Source: Alphaproteobacteria bacterium (lineage in GTDB: Bacteria > Pseudomonadota > Alphaproteobacteria > Sphingomonadales > Emcibacteraceae). Taken from it: DNA of 64,000 bases. Below, piece after piece: positions 47,546-57,988 of this stretch. The stretch is taken from positions 32,567-96,566 of the forward strand of contig NVTE01000002.1 in assembly GCA_002401455.1 (NCBI GenBank), given 5' to 3'. The translations under genes were made by a program, and so were the position numbers. Below the pieces are notes generated by a model. The model ran no database searches, had not been told where the DNA came from, and saw only the letters and a list, made by a program, of their open reading frames with translations. Each line of letters opens with the position of its first letter. Position 1 is the first letter of the stretch.

Positions 47546-49566
47546 AGTATTTTCGGACTATAGGCCATTTCCTGATACAAGATGTTTTTCAATCTGTTGA
47601 GCAATGTCAGTATTTCACTCTGATACTGCGCCGCCGCCTCCATATCCCCCGCCTCCATACTCTCAACCACATCCCGCACCAGATCATTTGCCGCGACGGT
47701 AATATCGGCCGTATTGATCCCGGATTTTACCAATGTCCGGCCCAGGTCATTGACACTCACTCCGAGTTTTTTCTGGATGGCTACCCATTTAACAATATCT
47801 CGGTTAAAGGAACTTTTCAGGACAATTGGGTTTACCGTTTTTTTTATATCCAGATTGGCGAGCTCCAGTTTGGCACTGCTCTTATAAACAAAGGCCATCA
47901 CCTTGCGCTGGATTTGTTTAAGACTGGTCACCGTGCCCCGTGCCTGGCTGACGGTCTGGAACCGCGTATAACCCCGACCTGACAGAATATCCCGGTCCTG
48001 ATAGATAAACCCATGCTCAAGGTAAGAAATCAGGTCAATGGCCTGATCCATTCTCTTAAAATGGCTGTGCTTAAGAATTTCGCCATATAGCCGGCGCAGT
48101 TCCTTGATATTGAAATTCTCCGGATCATATTTGTCCCCCTGGCCCAATTTTTCACCTAAGCCAGGTCCGAAACTTTTCTGGTCTCTGACCGAAGACCTGT
48201 GATCCCGAAGATACAGGATCATGCTTTTATCAAGCTCCTGCAGCTGTTCCCTGATCATTTTGCCGTCCTGGCGCTGATGCAGGCTCAGCTTCAATGCCGC
48301 CAATTTGCCCAGCATATCTTCCGTGAACTGACCGCTATCGCCATCTTCCATCTGGTTGGCCAGATCCCACAAAATATCCCGGGCACTGGTGATATCAGCT
48401 TCATTTTCTGGATTGATCAGGCGCCAATAGGCCGACCGCAGGGCCATATAATATATGGTCGGAGTTTGACCATTATCAGGCACCAGCCCCAGTGCCATCA
48501 ACTGCCGGGCCAGCTTTTTCCTGATCTCTGGATGGCTCTTGACCTTCGCCCGGATATCAATAATATTCCGGGCATGGGGATTGGTGAATTCCTTGGCTGG
48601 CAGAAGAATTCCCGCAAGAATTTTTTGCTTCTTTTGCCCCGCCTGATCACTGACCTCCAGAATAAGATCAACCTTGCTTCCGGCAAAATCAGAATGTCCG
48701 AAGTTAAGGTAGGTCTCGCCGGAGAAGTCGTTAAGGCCAGTGATATTTAACGTTGTCCGGCCCTTTAAATCATCGGCATCGCCACCGTTGGTCACAACCC
48801 CGACAGTGACCTCCTGCAGGCCATAATCATCGCGGAGGTGAAGCGACAGAGAAAACAAGCCTTCCCCGGTCAGTATCTGGCGAAAGTCGGCTCTTTCAAT
48901 GATGGGGGCATCATCGGCCAGAATCAGTATCGGCCATAGTCCAAGGTTCAGACTGCCCTGCCTGACCTGCCAGCTTATTTCATCCTTCAGAGTAAAGTGG
49001 GCCACAAAGCCCCCGTCCTCTGCGGATAAGAATTCCACCTGATGAGCCCCGGCAATCAGGGTCGGGGCATAGGATATATTTTTCACCCGGATCAAAACTT
49101 CACTGCCTTCCGGCAGGGGTTTCAGACCACCAGCAGGCTTTCCATCCGGACCCAGCCGTTCGGTAAATGCCTCGGCTTTCATATAGGCCGGAGGTGTCAC
49201 CGTCATGGTAATCTCGGCTACGGGATAAGTAAATAGTGCCCTGGGTTTGACGGCAATTTCCAGCAACCGGCTGGCATCAGCCCCGGCTAGAACCGCCGCG
49301 ATTACCAGCAGCATCCCCGACAGGAAGGCCGCTTTCATTCCCTCACTCGGGGTCCATTTGCTTTTGGCCATCAGCCCCCGGGCAATAACCGCAATCATGG
49401 CAATCGCCAGCAGCCCGTAAACACCCGCCTGGACCATTGCCGGCACATACCCCCAGGGATCGGTCAGGGAAAGAGCAAGATAAGTAAGATATAACGCGGC
49501 CGCCTGCAGCAGTCCGATGGACAAGGCAGCTCTTTTAGGGAGACGTTTTTCTTCTAATCCAACCAT
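47542..49566 (-). CDS. DUF4175 (TIGR02302-like) membrane-anchored protein
   Basis: N-terminal TMs, VTPPAY, DDYGL, D.AGQ, LP.KEF.NP.AR; conserved position after lysA. Confidence 0.7.
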   Translation of the reverse strand: MVGLEEKRLPKRAALSIGLLQAAALYLTYLALSLTDPWGYVPAMVQAGVYGLLAIAMIAVIARGLMAKSKWTPSEGMKAAFLSGMLLVIAAVLAGADASRLLEIAVKPRALFTYPVAEITMTVTPPAYMKAEAFTERLGPDGKPAGGLKPLPEGSEVLIRVKNISYAPTLIAGAHQVEFLSAEDGGFVAHFTLKDEISWQVRQGSLNLGLWPILILADDAPIIERADFRQILTGEGLFSLSLHLRDDYGLQEVTVGVVTNGGDADDLKGRTTLNITGLNDFSGETYLNFGHSDFAGSKVDLILEVSDQAGQKKQKILAGILLPAKEFTNPHARNIIDIRAKVKSHPEIRKKLARQLMALGLVPDNGQTPTIYYMALRSAYWRLINPENEADITSARDILWDLANQMEDGDSGQFTEDMLGKLAALKLSLHQRQDGKMIREQLQELDKSMILYLRDHRSSVRDQKSFGPGLGEKLGQGDKYDPENFNIKELRRLYGEILKHSHFKRMDQAIDLISYLEHGFIYQDRDILSGRGYTRFQTVSQARGTVTSLKQIQRKVMAFVYKSSAKLELANLDIKKTVNPIVLKSSFNRDIVKWVAIQKKLGVSVNDLGRTLVKSGINTADITVAANDLVRDVVESMEAGDMEAAAQYQSEILTLLNRLKNILYQEMAYSPKIL

Positions 49567-50840
49567 TCTGGAATTTTATCCAATCCAATAATATCATCAT
49601 AATCCGGGCGCGGTCGGATGATGGCATAATTGCTACCCTTGACCAACACTTCCGGGATAAGACGACGGGTATTATAGGTGGAGGCCATCACGGCCCCATA
49701 AGCCCCCGCCGAGCGGATCACCACCAGCTCACCTCTTTTGAGCTCCGGCAATTGTCGGTCACGGGCGAAAGTATCCCCGGTTTCACAGACCGGCCCCACC
49801 ACATCATACGTGACAGAATTAGCCACGGCGTCCCCTGAAACAGGTGGCTCGCTTTCCGCTACCGCAACAATCTCATGATAGGCATCATACATGCTGGGCC
49901 TTACCAAATCGTTCATGGCCGCATCAATGATCAGGAATTTACGGTTTTCACCCTCTTTGACATAAATCACCTTGGACACCAGAACACCGGCGTTACCCAC
50001 CAGCAGACGGCCCGGCTCAATGATAATCTTACAGCCCAGGTGGCCAACAATTTTTGTGACCATTTCGCCATATTCCAGCGGCAGGGGAGGTTTTGAGACC
50101 TCCCGGTCATAGGGAATGCCCAGACCGCCGCCCAGGTCAAGCACCGAGATATCATGGCCATCGGCCCGCAGATCCTCAATCAGGCTAACGATGCGCTGAA
50201 AAGCTTCGGCAAAGGGCGCGAGATCGGTCAGCTGTGATCCAATATGGAGGTCGACGCCCTGGACCCTGATGCCGGGAAGTTTGGCCGCAAGGGCATATAT
50301 TTCCCGGGCACTGGTCCAGGGAACGCCAAATTTATTCTCTGACTTTCCGGTCGAAATCTTGGCATGAGTTTTGGCATCCACATCGGGGTTAATCCGAAAA
50401 GCGATCGCCGCCACCTTGCCCATGCTGTCCGCAACCCGGCTAAGCTGTTCCAGTTCCGGCACGGATTCCACATTGAACTGGAAAATATCCTGCTCCAGGG
50501 CAAAGGTCATTTCCCGTTCGGTCTTGGCGACCCCGGAATAGACAATCTTCTGAGCCGGAATACCGGCCTTCAGTGCCCGGCGCAACTCGCCTTCGGACAC
50601 CACGTCAGCCCCGGACCCCTGGGCGGCCAACGTCTTGATGATCGCCTGGTTGGTATTGGCCTTTACCGCGTAACACAACAGAAAGTCATGATCGATGAAG
50701 GCTTCACAGAACACAGTGTAATGTCGGATCAGGGTTTCCGTGGAATAACAATAAAACGGCGTCCCGACCTGGTCGGCAATCTCCCTGATCGCTAGGTCTT
50801 CCACATACATTTCACCCTGTTTAAAACCGAAATGGTCCAT
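49554..50840 (-). CDS. lysA: Diaminopimelate decarboxylase
   Basis: GTPFYCYS, YAVKAN, HIGSQ, DLGGG, EPGR, GPVCETGD, GAYG. Confidence 0.97.
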   Translation of the reverse strand: MDHFGFKQGEMYVEDLAIREIADQVGTPFYCYSTETLIRHYTVFCEAFIDHDFLLCYAVKANTNQAIIKTLAAQGSGADVVSEGELRRALKAGIPAQKIVYSGVAKTEREMTFALEQDIFQFNVESVPELEQLSRVADSMGKVAAIAFRINPDVDAKTHAKISTGKSENKFGVPWTSAREIYALAAKLPGIRVQGVDLHIGSQLTDLAPFAEAFQRIVSLIEDLRADGHDISVLDLGGGLGIPYDREVSKPPLPLEYGEMVTKIVGHLGCKIIIEPGRLLVGNAGVLVSKVIYVKEGENRKFLIIDAAMNDLVRPSMYDAYHEIVAVAESEPPVSGDAVANSVTYDVVGPVCETGDTFARDRQLPELKRGELVVIRSAGAYGAVMASTYNTRRLIPEVLVKGSNYAIIRPRPDYDDIIGLDKIPEWLD

Positions 50841-50859
50841 AGACTTAATACTCTCTACT

Positions 50860-50967
50860 TTAAGATTTTTCGTAACCGGGCGGTGGCAATAAATCGCCGC
50901 GTTTCCCACAGGAGGCCACGCCCAGACATAAAGTCCCCATCATCAGAATAATCATTAATTTCTGCAT
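50860..50967 (-). CDS. Small lipoprotein, LptM/YifL-like (below the ORF-track cutoff)
   Basis: MQKLMIILMMGTLCLGVASCGKRGDLLPPPGYEKS: lipobox VASC + GxxGxL; sits between argH and lysA. Confidence 0.8.
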   Translation of the reverse strand: MQKLMIILMMGTLCLGVASCGKRGDLLPPPGYEKS

Positions 50968-51002
50968 TACTCTATTCCCTTATGCGTTTATTTAAGACCC
51001 GC

Positions 51003-52412
51003 TTATTCAATACGTTTTCTGGCAGCCTTAACCTGAGCGAGGACCTGTTCCGGCGCGGTTCCGCCATAACTGACCCGGCTGGCTACGGAGCTTTCCACAG
51101 TCAGCACAGAGAACACATCGTTGGTAATCTTTGGCTCGACCGCCTGCATTTCCGCCAGGGTCAGTCCATCCAGGTCACAGCCTTTGTCTTCAGCCAGCGC
51201 CACCAGCGAGCCGGTCACATGATGGGCATTGCGGAACGGCATATCCAGCACCCGCACCAGCCAGTCGGCCAGGTCGGTCGCAGTGATGAAACCGCTGCTG
51301 GTCGAGGCCTTCATGGACGCTTCATTAACCGTCATATCGCCGACCATGCCGGTCATGGCGGCAATGATCAGAGAAAAGGCATTGGCCGCATCGAAGGTCG
51401 CTTCCTTGTCTTCCTGCATATCCTTGCTATAGGCCAACGGCAGGCCCTTCATCACCACCAGCAGGCTGGTCAACGCGCCAATGATCCGTCCGGACTTGGC
51501 CCGGCACAGCTCCGCCGCATCGGGGTTGCGCTTCTGAGGCATGATCGAAGAACCGGTGGTGAATTTATCACTCAAGGTGACAAAATTAAACTGGGCCGAG
51601 GACCAGAGGACAATTTCTTCGGCCAGACGAGAGACATGGGTCGCACAGATCGAGGCGACACTCAAAAACTCAAGGGCAAAATCCCGGTCAGAGACACTGT
51701 CCAGGCTGTTGGCGGTCGGTCGACGGAAATTCAGAGCATCCGCCGTCTGAAAACGATCAATGGGGAAAGACGTCCCCGCCAGCGCTGCAGCCCCGAGCGG
51801 ACATTCATTGAGCCGCCCACGGGCATCGCGTAGTCGGTCCCGGTCGCGGGTGAACATCTCAAAATAGGCCAGCAGGTGATGGCCAAACGTCACCGGCTGG
51901 GCCGATTGCAGGTGGGTGAAGCCCGGCAGGATCACATGAGCATTCTGTTCGGCTTTGTCGGTAAGTGCCGTCTGCAGGCCAGATAACGCTTTATCCATCT
52001 GGTCCATGGCATCCCGGACCCACAGCTTGAAATCGGTAGCGACCTGATCATTGCGCGAGCGGGCGGTATGCAACCGTCCCGCCGCCTCGCCGATGATTTC
52101 GGTCAGCCGTGATTCCACATGCATGTGAATATCTTCCAGCTTGGGGTCATAGGTGAAATTCCCGGCTTCGATTTCCGCTTTCACCTGATCAAGGCCGGCC
52201 AGGATTTTGTCGCCATCCTCGGCGGAGATGATCTTCTGGCTGACCAGCATCCGGCAATGGGCCTGGGACCCTCGAATATCCTGGGCATAAAGAATTTTGT
52301 CAAAATCAATGGACGCATTGATCTTTTCCATGATTTCTGCCGGCCCCACCTCAAACCTGCCGCCCCAGAGGCTATTCGCCTGATTAGAAGATGTGTCTTT
52401 TCCAGATGCCAT
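51003..52412 (-). CDS. argH: Argininosuccinate lyase
   Basis: [31 protein letters not shown]. Confidence 0.97.
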   Translation of the reverse strand: MASGKDTSSNQANSLWGGRFEVGPAEIMEKINASIDFDKILYAQDIRGSQAHCRMLVSQKIISAEDGDKILAGLDQVKAEIEAGNFTYDPKLEDIHMHVESRLTEIIGEAAGRLHTARSRNDQVATDFKLWVRDAMDQMDKALSGLQTALTDKAEQNAHVILPGFTHLQSAQPVTFGHHLLAYFEMFTRDRDRLRDARGRLNECPLGAAALAGTSFPIDRFQTADALNFRRPTANSLDSVSDRDFALEFLSVASICATHVSRLAEEIVLWSSAQFNFVTLSDKFTTGSSIMPQKRNPDAAELCRAKSGRIIGALTSLLVVMKGLPLAYSKDMQEDKEATFDAANAFSLIIAAMTGMVGDMTVNEASMKASTSSGFITATDLADWLVRVLDMPFRNAHHVTGSLVALAEDKGCDLDGLTLAEMQAVEPKITNDVFSVLTVESSVASRVSYGGTAPEQVLAQVKAARKRIE

Positions 52413-52636
52413 ATTTTACTCATTTCCACTGCTGAAATATATCATACTTTGAGTGCCGGAAATACGATAATCCAGCGTCTTAGGCAAGCTTTATAGTGCC
52501 CTCCACAGTGTCTTCATAGTTTCATTTGGCTCCAGATCACAAAAAACTGAACAAATAGCCTCTTGCACAATTCCTCTGTCGGCCTTAGTTTATAGGCCTG
52601 TTTCACTGAAAGTTTCCGTCAAATTAAAGAGACCCC

Positions 52637-53257
52637 ATGACCAAAAACCTTTTTATGATCGTATCTTTTGTCGCCCTGTTGCTCGGCGCCCTGTTGCTCT
52701 TTGGCACAGGGAACCAAACCGAGTCCCTCACGGCGAGCACCCAATATAAAGAAGAGTTGATTTCAGTGGACAGCAGCATGAAAGGTGGCAAGGTGTTGTT
52801 TCGCACCTATGCCAACCGTCCCGCCGTGCCCGATGTGATGATCCAGGATGAGGCCGGCAACAGCCTGACCCTGGGCGACCTGATCAACAAGAATAAAGGC
52901 CAGAGCCTTCTGCTCAACTTCTGGGCCACCTGGTGCCTGCCCTGCCGGGAGGAAATGCCCGATCTCGACGCCCTCCAAGCGGCCCGCGGCAATGATAAAT
53001 TCAAGGTCATCACCCTGTCCGTTGACCGGGGGGGCCTGAAACCTTCCCGGCTGTTTCTCGACAAGGCTGGTGTCAAGCAGCTTGAGCTCTATTATGATAA
53101 AAAAGGCAAGCTCGGCACCGCCATGGGAACCATTGGCTACCCCACCACTATCCTGATCAACAAAAATGGCCGGCAAATGGGTCTGATGACCGGCTCCGCC
53201 CATTGGAATTCCGCCAGCGCCCACGCCCTGATCGACCGTCTTCTGGCTGACGAGTAA
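52637..53257 (+). CDS. tlpA: TlpA family thiol:disulfide oxidoreductase
   Basis: N-terminal TM; LNFWATWCLPCREEMP. Confidence 0.88.
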   Translation: MTKNLFMIVSFVALLLGALLLFGTGNQTESLTASTQYKEELISVDSSMKGGKVLFRTYANRPAVPDVMIQDEAGNSLTLGDLINKNKGQSLLLNFWATWCLPCREEMPDLDALQAARGNDKFKVITLSVDRGGLKPSRLFLDKAGVKQLELYYDKKGKLGTAMGTIGYPTTILINKNGRQMGLMTGSAHWNSASAHALIDRLLADE

Positions 53258-53275
53258 AATAACTCTTGCATTGAT

Positions 53276-53290
53276 TGTTATATTATAACA
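53276..53290. promoter_or_regulatory. Zur box
   Basis: Perfect palindrome TGTTATA-T-TATAACA upstream of the TonB receptor. Confidence 0.8.
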
Positions 53291-53328
53291 TAATTAACCC
53301 TTGTTCAAAAAAAGGGGATTTAACTACC

Positions 53329-55356
53329 GTGAAAATAATCATTCATTCTGCCTTGGCCGGGGCGGTCATTTTTCTGCCGACAACAGCCCTCTATGCCGAC
53401 GAACAGCAGGGCCAACCCCATGACCATGGCCATGTCATGGAAGAGCTTTTTGTCACCGGATCGCCCCACGGCAAGACCCGCCTTGACGTCCTGCAGGGCA
53501 GCAGCCAGTTGGGACTTGATGAGCTGGAACAGCGCATGGAAGCCACTATCGGTGAAACCCTGTCCGGCATTCCGGGCATTTCCTCCAGCTTTTTTGGACC
53601 GGGGGCCAGCCGTCCGATCATTCGCGGACTGGGCGGCGACCGCATTCGCATCCTGATCAACGGCATCGGCAGCATTGATGCCTCCAGCACCTCCCCGGAT
53701 CATTCTGTTGCCGCCGACCCCCTGACCGCTGAACGGATCGAGGTCCTGCGCGGGGCCAGCACCCTGCTTTACGGCAGCAATGCGGTTGGCGGTGTGGTCA
53801 ATATCATTGACGGCCGCATTCCCAGTGTCATACCGGACGCCCCCTTCTCTGGCCGGGCGCGGCTGGGCTATGGCACCAGTGCCTATGACATATCCGGCGG
53901 CATGGCGATAAATGCCCAACTTAGCGGATCAAGTGACCGGGCCCTTCTGCTGCATCTGGATGGCTATTTCAGGAAATCCTCCGATTACACCATTCCGGGT
54001 TTTGCCAAGAGTGACCGGTTGCGGGCCCCGGGCGACGACGGCCCTTACGGCACCGTTGAAAACTCCGACCTGGACAACAAAGGCGGGGCCATTGGACTAA
54101 GTTGGGTCGGGGAACAGGGCATGTTTGGCCTGTCCTATAGCCTCAATGACAGCAATTATGGCGTCCCGGGTAGCCAGGAAGAGGAAGTCGTCCGCATTGA
54201 CCTTGACCAGAAGCGCTTTGACCTGAAGGGTAACCTGACCCATGACGTCCTTATTTTCGAAGAAACCCGGCTGCGCTTTGGCTATGGCGATTACGCCCAT
54301 AAGGAGCTCGAAGGCGGGGAAATCGGTACTATTTTTAACAATGAAGGTTGGGAGGGTCGCCTCGAACTCATTCAGCGGGAGATCGGCAATATTCACGGCT
54401 CCATGGGCCTGCAAATTCGCAAACGTGACTTTGAGGCCATTGGCGCAGAGGCCTTTGTCCCCCCGACAACAACCCTGCAATGGGGCCTGTTTGCGGTCGA
54501 GGAAATCAGCCTCGACCCGGTGACCCTGGAATTTGGCGCCCGCCTCGATCATCAGACAACAGAGAATAAGAGCCTGAACCAGAAACGCACCTTCACCAAC
54601 ATCAGCCTGTCTGCCGGGGCGGCAATCCACCCGACAGCCAACAGCCTGATTGGCCTGTCCCTGGGCCGCACGGAACGGGCACCGACCGCTGAAGAACTTT
54701 TTTCCAACGGCCCTCATCTGGCCACCAGCGCCTTTGAAAAGGGCAATGTCAACCTGAGCAAAGAAACCGCCACCAGCCTGGAACTGACCCTAAAGCAGGA
54801 CAGCGAACGCTTTTCCGCCTCCTTCAACCTTTACCACACTTGGTTTGGAGGCTTCATTTCCGAGCAATTTACCGGCCTCCAGATTGAGGGGTTAAATATT
54901 CTTGAATTTGGCCAGCGGGACGCACGTTTTTATGGCGCAGAACTGGATAGCAGCTACCTACTGATCACAGAAGGCGAGCACGATCTGTGGCTAAAACTGT
55001 CCGGTGATATTGTTCGGGCTAAATTTACCGGGCCAGAGGACTTCCTACCGCGCATTCCAGCCCAGTCAGCCACACTAGCCCTTGATTATCAGGGGCCCTA
55101 TTTGGGCGCGACGGCTACGGTTCGACGGGTTGCGGACCAGACACGACTGGCCGAGAACGAGACACCTACTGAGGGCTATACCGAGCTTAATCTGGATATT
55201 CTCTGGCATCCATTTGGGGAAGCCCGGGATTTAACTGTCCATCTGCAGGGCAAAAACCTGAGTAATACCGAGCGTCGGCAACATACTTCTTTCCTGAAAG
55301 ATCTGTTGCCCATGCCCGGCCGGAATATAAAACTGTCGGTCACTTATGGTTTCTAG
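53329..55356 (+). CDS. TonB-dependent receptor, ZnuD-like (zinc uptake)
   Basis: GTG start after GGGG RBS; His-rich PHDHGH; FGPGASRPIIRG, SPDH, IEVLRG..TLLYGSNA.GGVVN; C-terminal HTSFLKD..P.PGRN...F. Confidence 0.88.
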   Translation: MKIIIHSALAGAVIFLPTTALYADEQQGQPHDHGHVMEELFVTGSPHGKTRLDVLQGSSQLGLDELEQRMEATIGETLSGIPGISSSFFGPGASRPIIRGLGGDRIRILINGIGSIDASSTSPDHSVAADPLTAERIEVLRGASTLLYGSNAVGGVVNIIDGRIPSVIPDAPFSGRARLGYGTSAYDISGGMAINAQLSGSSDRALLLHLDGYFRKSSDYTIPGFAKSDRLRAPGDDGPYGTVENSDLDNKGGAIGLSWVGEQGMFGLSYSLNDSNYGVPGSQEEEVVRIDLDQKRFDLKGNLTHDVLIFEETRLRFGYGDYAHKELEGGEIGTIFNNEGWEGRLELIQREIGNIHGSMGLQIRKRDFEAIGAEAFVPPTTTLQWGLFAVEEISLDPVTLEFGARLDHQTTENKSLNQKRTFTNISLSAGAAIHPTANSLIGLSLGRTERAPTAEELFSNGPHLATSAFEKGNVNLSKETATSLELTLKQDSERFSASFNLYHTWFGGFISEQFTGLQIEGLNILEFGQRDARFYGAELDSSYLLITEGEHDLWLKLSGDIVRAKFTGPEDFLPRIPAQSATLALDYQGPYLGATATVRRVADQTRLAENETPTEGYTELNLDILWHPFGEARDLTVHLQGKNLSNTERRQHTSFLKDLLPMPGRNIKLSVTYGF

Positions 55357-55378
55357 GCCAGACTTTAACAAGTATCTA

Positions 55379-55822
55379 TTAAGGCACCACAGTGACCGGA
55401 ACCTTGGCTTTCTGCAAGATGCCATACGCCACACTGCCCAGTCCGAGTTTGGCTAGCAGGCCACTACTTTTATGGCCAATGAAGATTTGATCCACCTTTT
55501 TCTCATCCGCCAAGGAAGAGATAACTTCGGCCGCATGACCGACTTGAATATGAGATTCAATGGTGATGCCATCGGTTGCCAGCTTGGCGCGGGCAGGTTC
55601 CATGATATCTTTTTCAGCACTTTCCAGGTGCTCCATATGTTGACTGTGGCGAACGGCCAGCTCTTCTACGGACATAACTTCAAATTCGGACCAGTCGACA
55701 ACATAGGCCAGCAATAGAGTACCACCGCCCCGGGCTTTCATTTTATCAATGGCCAGTTCCGCCGCCCTCATACTTAACTCACCGCCGTCGTAACCGACGA
55801 TATATTTTACCTGATCTGACAT
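55379..55822 (-). CDS. Universal stress protein
   Basis: IVGYDG, GHAAEVI, IFIG...LGSVA...VPVTVVP. Confidence 0.92.
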   Translation of the reverse strand: MSDQVKYIVGYDGGELSMRAAELAIDKMKARGGGTLLLAYVVDWSEFEVMSVEELAVRHSQHMEHLESAEKDIMEPARAKLATDGITIESHIQVGHAAEVISSLADEKKVDQIFIGHKSSGLLAKLGLGSVAYGILQKAKVPVTVVP

Positions 55823-55881
55823 TTTTCTATCTCCTGTTTTATTTCATGGGTTTATTATATCGCGAAAGATTGAGGATAAAT

Positions 55882-55895
55882 TTGACCCCTGTCAA
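55882..55895. promoter_or_regulatory. FNR/FixK-type box upstream of usp
   Basis: TTGAC-CCCT-GTCAA vs TTGAY-N4-RTCAA; adjacent divergent gene is an Fnr homolog. Confidence 0.7.
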
Positions 55896-56113
55896 GTATC
55901 TCGCATACGACTTGCCCTAGTATAGACATTAACAAAGCTACATTATATTCAGTCGTGTCATTATATATTTCGGTTGAATATTAACTTTTTTGTAATTTTT
56001 CTCATGGTATTTACTTATACATTAGTATACATGCGGGGATAACTATAAAAGCAATACGGGTTTAAATATACCTACTTAATAAGTATATAAACAGTTTTCA
56101 GGGGCTAAACAAG

Positions 56114-56881
56114 TTGAGCACATTACCACAACCTTTTTCTGAGTCTAAACCAGAAACACAGCTTCGTCTGGCAGCAAACAATTGCCCAACGAATGCGGCA
56201 TGTGAGGGCTGTTCGTCCCGTCACCTATCCCTTTGCAATGCTCTGGATACCGATGAGCTACACCGCTTTTCAGAAATCTCGACCGATATCCACAAACCTG
56301 CCAAACAGATAATCTGTTCGGAAGATGAAGCGGCCGATTATATCTATAATATCAGAAATGGCACCGTGCGCCTGTCCAAAATGCTTGCCGATGGCCGTCG
56401 TCAGATAACCGGTTTCCTGTTTGCCGGTGATTTCTTTGGTCTGTCATGCAAAGATAAATACAGCTATACCGCCGAAGCCATCACCGACGTAGATATATGC
56501 CGGTTCCCCCGGGCCAAAATCATCGGCTCCTTCAAAGAATTTCCAGCTTTGGGTGAGCGGGTCTTTGAAATGACTCGGACCGAGCTCGAAGCGACCCATG
56601 ACCAGATGCTGCTCCTCGGGCGTAAAACCGCCAAAGAAAAACTCTGTTCCTTCCTCCTCACTCTGCAGGAAAAATCCCGCTGTCTTGAAGGACAGGATAA
56701 GAATGAAATAAAAATCCCCATGAACCGGTCCGACATAGCGGACTTCCTGGGTCTTACCGTTGAAACCATCAGTCGCCAATTCACGAATCTCCATAAAATG
56801 AACCTTATTGAGCTGGACGACGCCCATAAGGTTGTCCTGACAAATCCCGAGGCCATTGCGGCCATTGCGGAAGGCAACTGA
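56114..56881 (+). CDS. Fnr-type (FnrL/FnrN) oxygen-sensing Crp/Fnr regulator
   Basis: N-terminal Cys cluster CEGC..R..SLC, DGRRQI.GF...GD, HTH ADFLGLTVETISR. Confidence 0.92.
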   Translation: MSTLPQPFSESKPETQLRLAANNCPTNAACEGCSSRHLSLCNALDTDELHRFSEISTDIHKPAKQIICSEDEAADYIYNIRNGTVRLSKMLADGRRQITGFLFAGDFFGLSCKDKYSYTAEAITDVDICRFPRAKIIGSFKEFPALGERVFEMTRTELEATHDQMLLLGRKTAKEKLCSFLLTLQEKSRCLEGQDKNEIKIPMNRSDIADFLGLTVETISRQFTNLHKMNLIELDDAHKVVLTNPEAIAAIAEGN

Positions 56882-57067
56882 CTTTTCCCCTGAAAAACCA
56901 TTAAAACACTTGACAGAAGGCCCCGGAACGCTATATTTCGGCCACTTTCTAAAGAGAGATGAAGAGTCTCCCTCAAGAATAGATGACAATCGTCATAACC
57001 CCGGTCCTTAAATACTGCCCTATTGTCAGTTACCGGCTATGACCAGAAGATAAAATAGGAAACAGAT

Positions 57068-57514
57068 ATGTTTGCAGTCGTCAAAACCGGTGCTAAGCAA
57101 TATAAAGTTGCTGCTGGTGATGTTATTAAAGTTGAAAAGCTGGACGGTGAAGCCGGCACCACAATCACTCTGGACCATGTTCTCATGGTTGGGACTGACA
57201 AAGGTGTTGAAGTTGGCTCCCCAACAATTTCAGGTACGGTCGTAACCGCTGAAATTCTGGAACAGTCCCGCGCCGCAAAAATCATTATTTTCAAGAAAAA
57301 ACGTCGGCAGAACTATCGCCGGAAAAACGGTCACCGTCAGCATCAGACGGTCCTGCGCATTCTTGAAATTGGCGCCGCTTCTGCAAAGAAAGCCGCTCCC
57401 AAGAAGGCTGCAAAAGCCGCCGACAAGCCCGTAGCTGAAAAAGCAGCGGCAAAGAAACCAGCAGCCAAGAAAGCTGCCCCCAAGAAAACCACTAAGAAAA
57501 CCGAGGAGAAGTAA
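57068..57514 (+). CDS. rplU: 50S ribosomal protein L21 (with Lys/Ala-rich tail)
   Basis: [31 protein letters not shown]. Confidence 0.97.
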   Translation: MFAVVKTGAKQYKVAAGDVIKVEKLDGEAGTTITLDHVLMVGTDKGVEVGSPTISGTVVTAEILEQSRAAKIIIFKKKRRQNYRRKNGHRQHQTVLRILEIGAASAKKAAPKKAAKAADKPVAEKAAAKKPAAKKAAPKKTTKKTEEK

Positions 57515-57516
57515 CA

Positions 57517-57771
57517 ATGGCACATAAGAAAGCCGGCGGCAGTACCAATAACGGTCGCGACTCAGCTGGTCGTCGCCTTGGTGTTAAAAAATATGCGGGT
57601 GAAGTTGTTATTCCCGGCAACATCATTGTCCGTCAACGGGGCACAAAATTCTATCCAGCCACCAATGTTGGTATGGGTAAGGATCACACCCTGTTCGCCC
57701 TGACCGAAGGAAAAGTTCGTTTCTATAAAGGCAAACAAAAGCGCAGCTTCGTCTGTGTTGATGAAGCCTAA
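57517..57771 (+). CDS. rpmA: 50S ribosomal protein L27
   Basis: [22 protein letters not shown]. Confidence 0.98.
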   Translation: MAHKKAGGSTNNGRDSAGRRLGVKKYAGEVVIPGNIIVRQRGTKFYPATNVGMGKDHTLFALTEGKVRFYKGKQKRSFVCVDEA

Positions 57772-57803
57772 GACAACTGACTTCTTTTAAGTCGTAGAAT
57801 TCC

Positions 57804-57834
57804 AAAAGGGGAGTGATTTTTCATTCCCCTTTTT
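57804..57834 (+). terminator. Intrinsic terminator after rpmA
   Basis: aaaaggggagtga-tttt-tcattccccttttt. Confidence 0.75.
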
Positions 57835-57988
57835 CCTGTTTGAAGATATAGTCATTATAGATAAAGTTATTTATATAAAATGACTAAAGTGTGTCACCGA
57901 GCCCTGCCAAGTAACTGGCAAAACCTGCGGAACACGTGAACCCCCTCATCGCGTATGCTATGAGGAAACTCTATGAAGACTGTTTGAC

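Noticed and set aside
50841-50909. Extended lysA N-terminus in the ORF track
   Set aside because: Overlaps the small lipoprotein gene; MDHF at 50840 is the family-typical start
57370-57514. Lys/Ala-rich repeat tail of L21 (KKAAPKK)
   Set aside because: Common low-complexity extension in alphaproteobacterial L21; not a DNA repeat element
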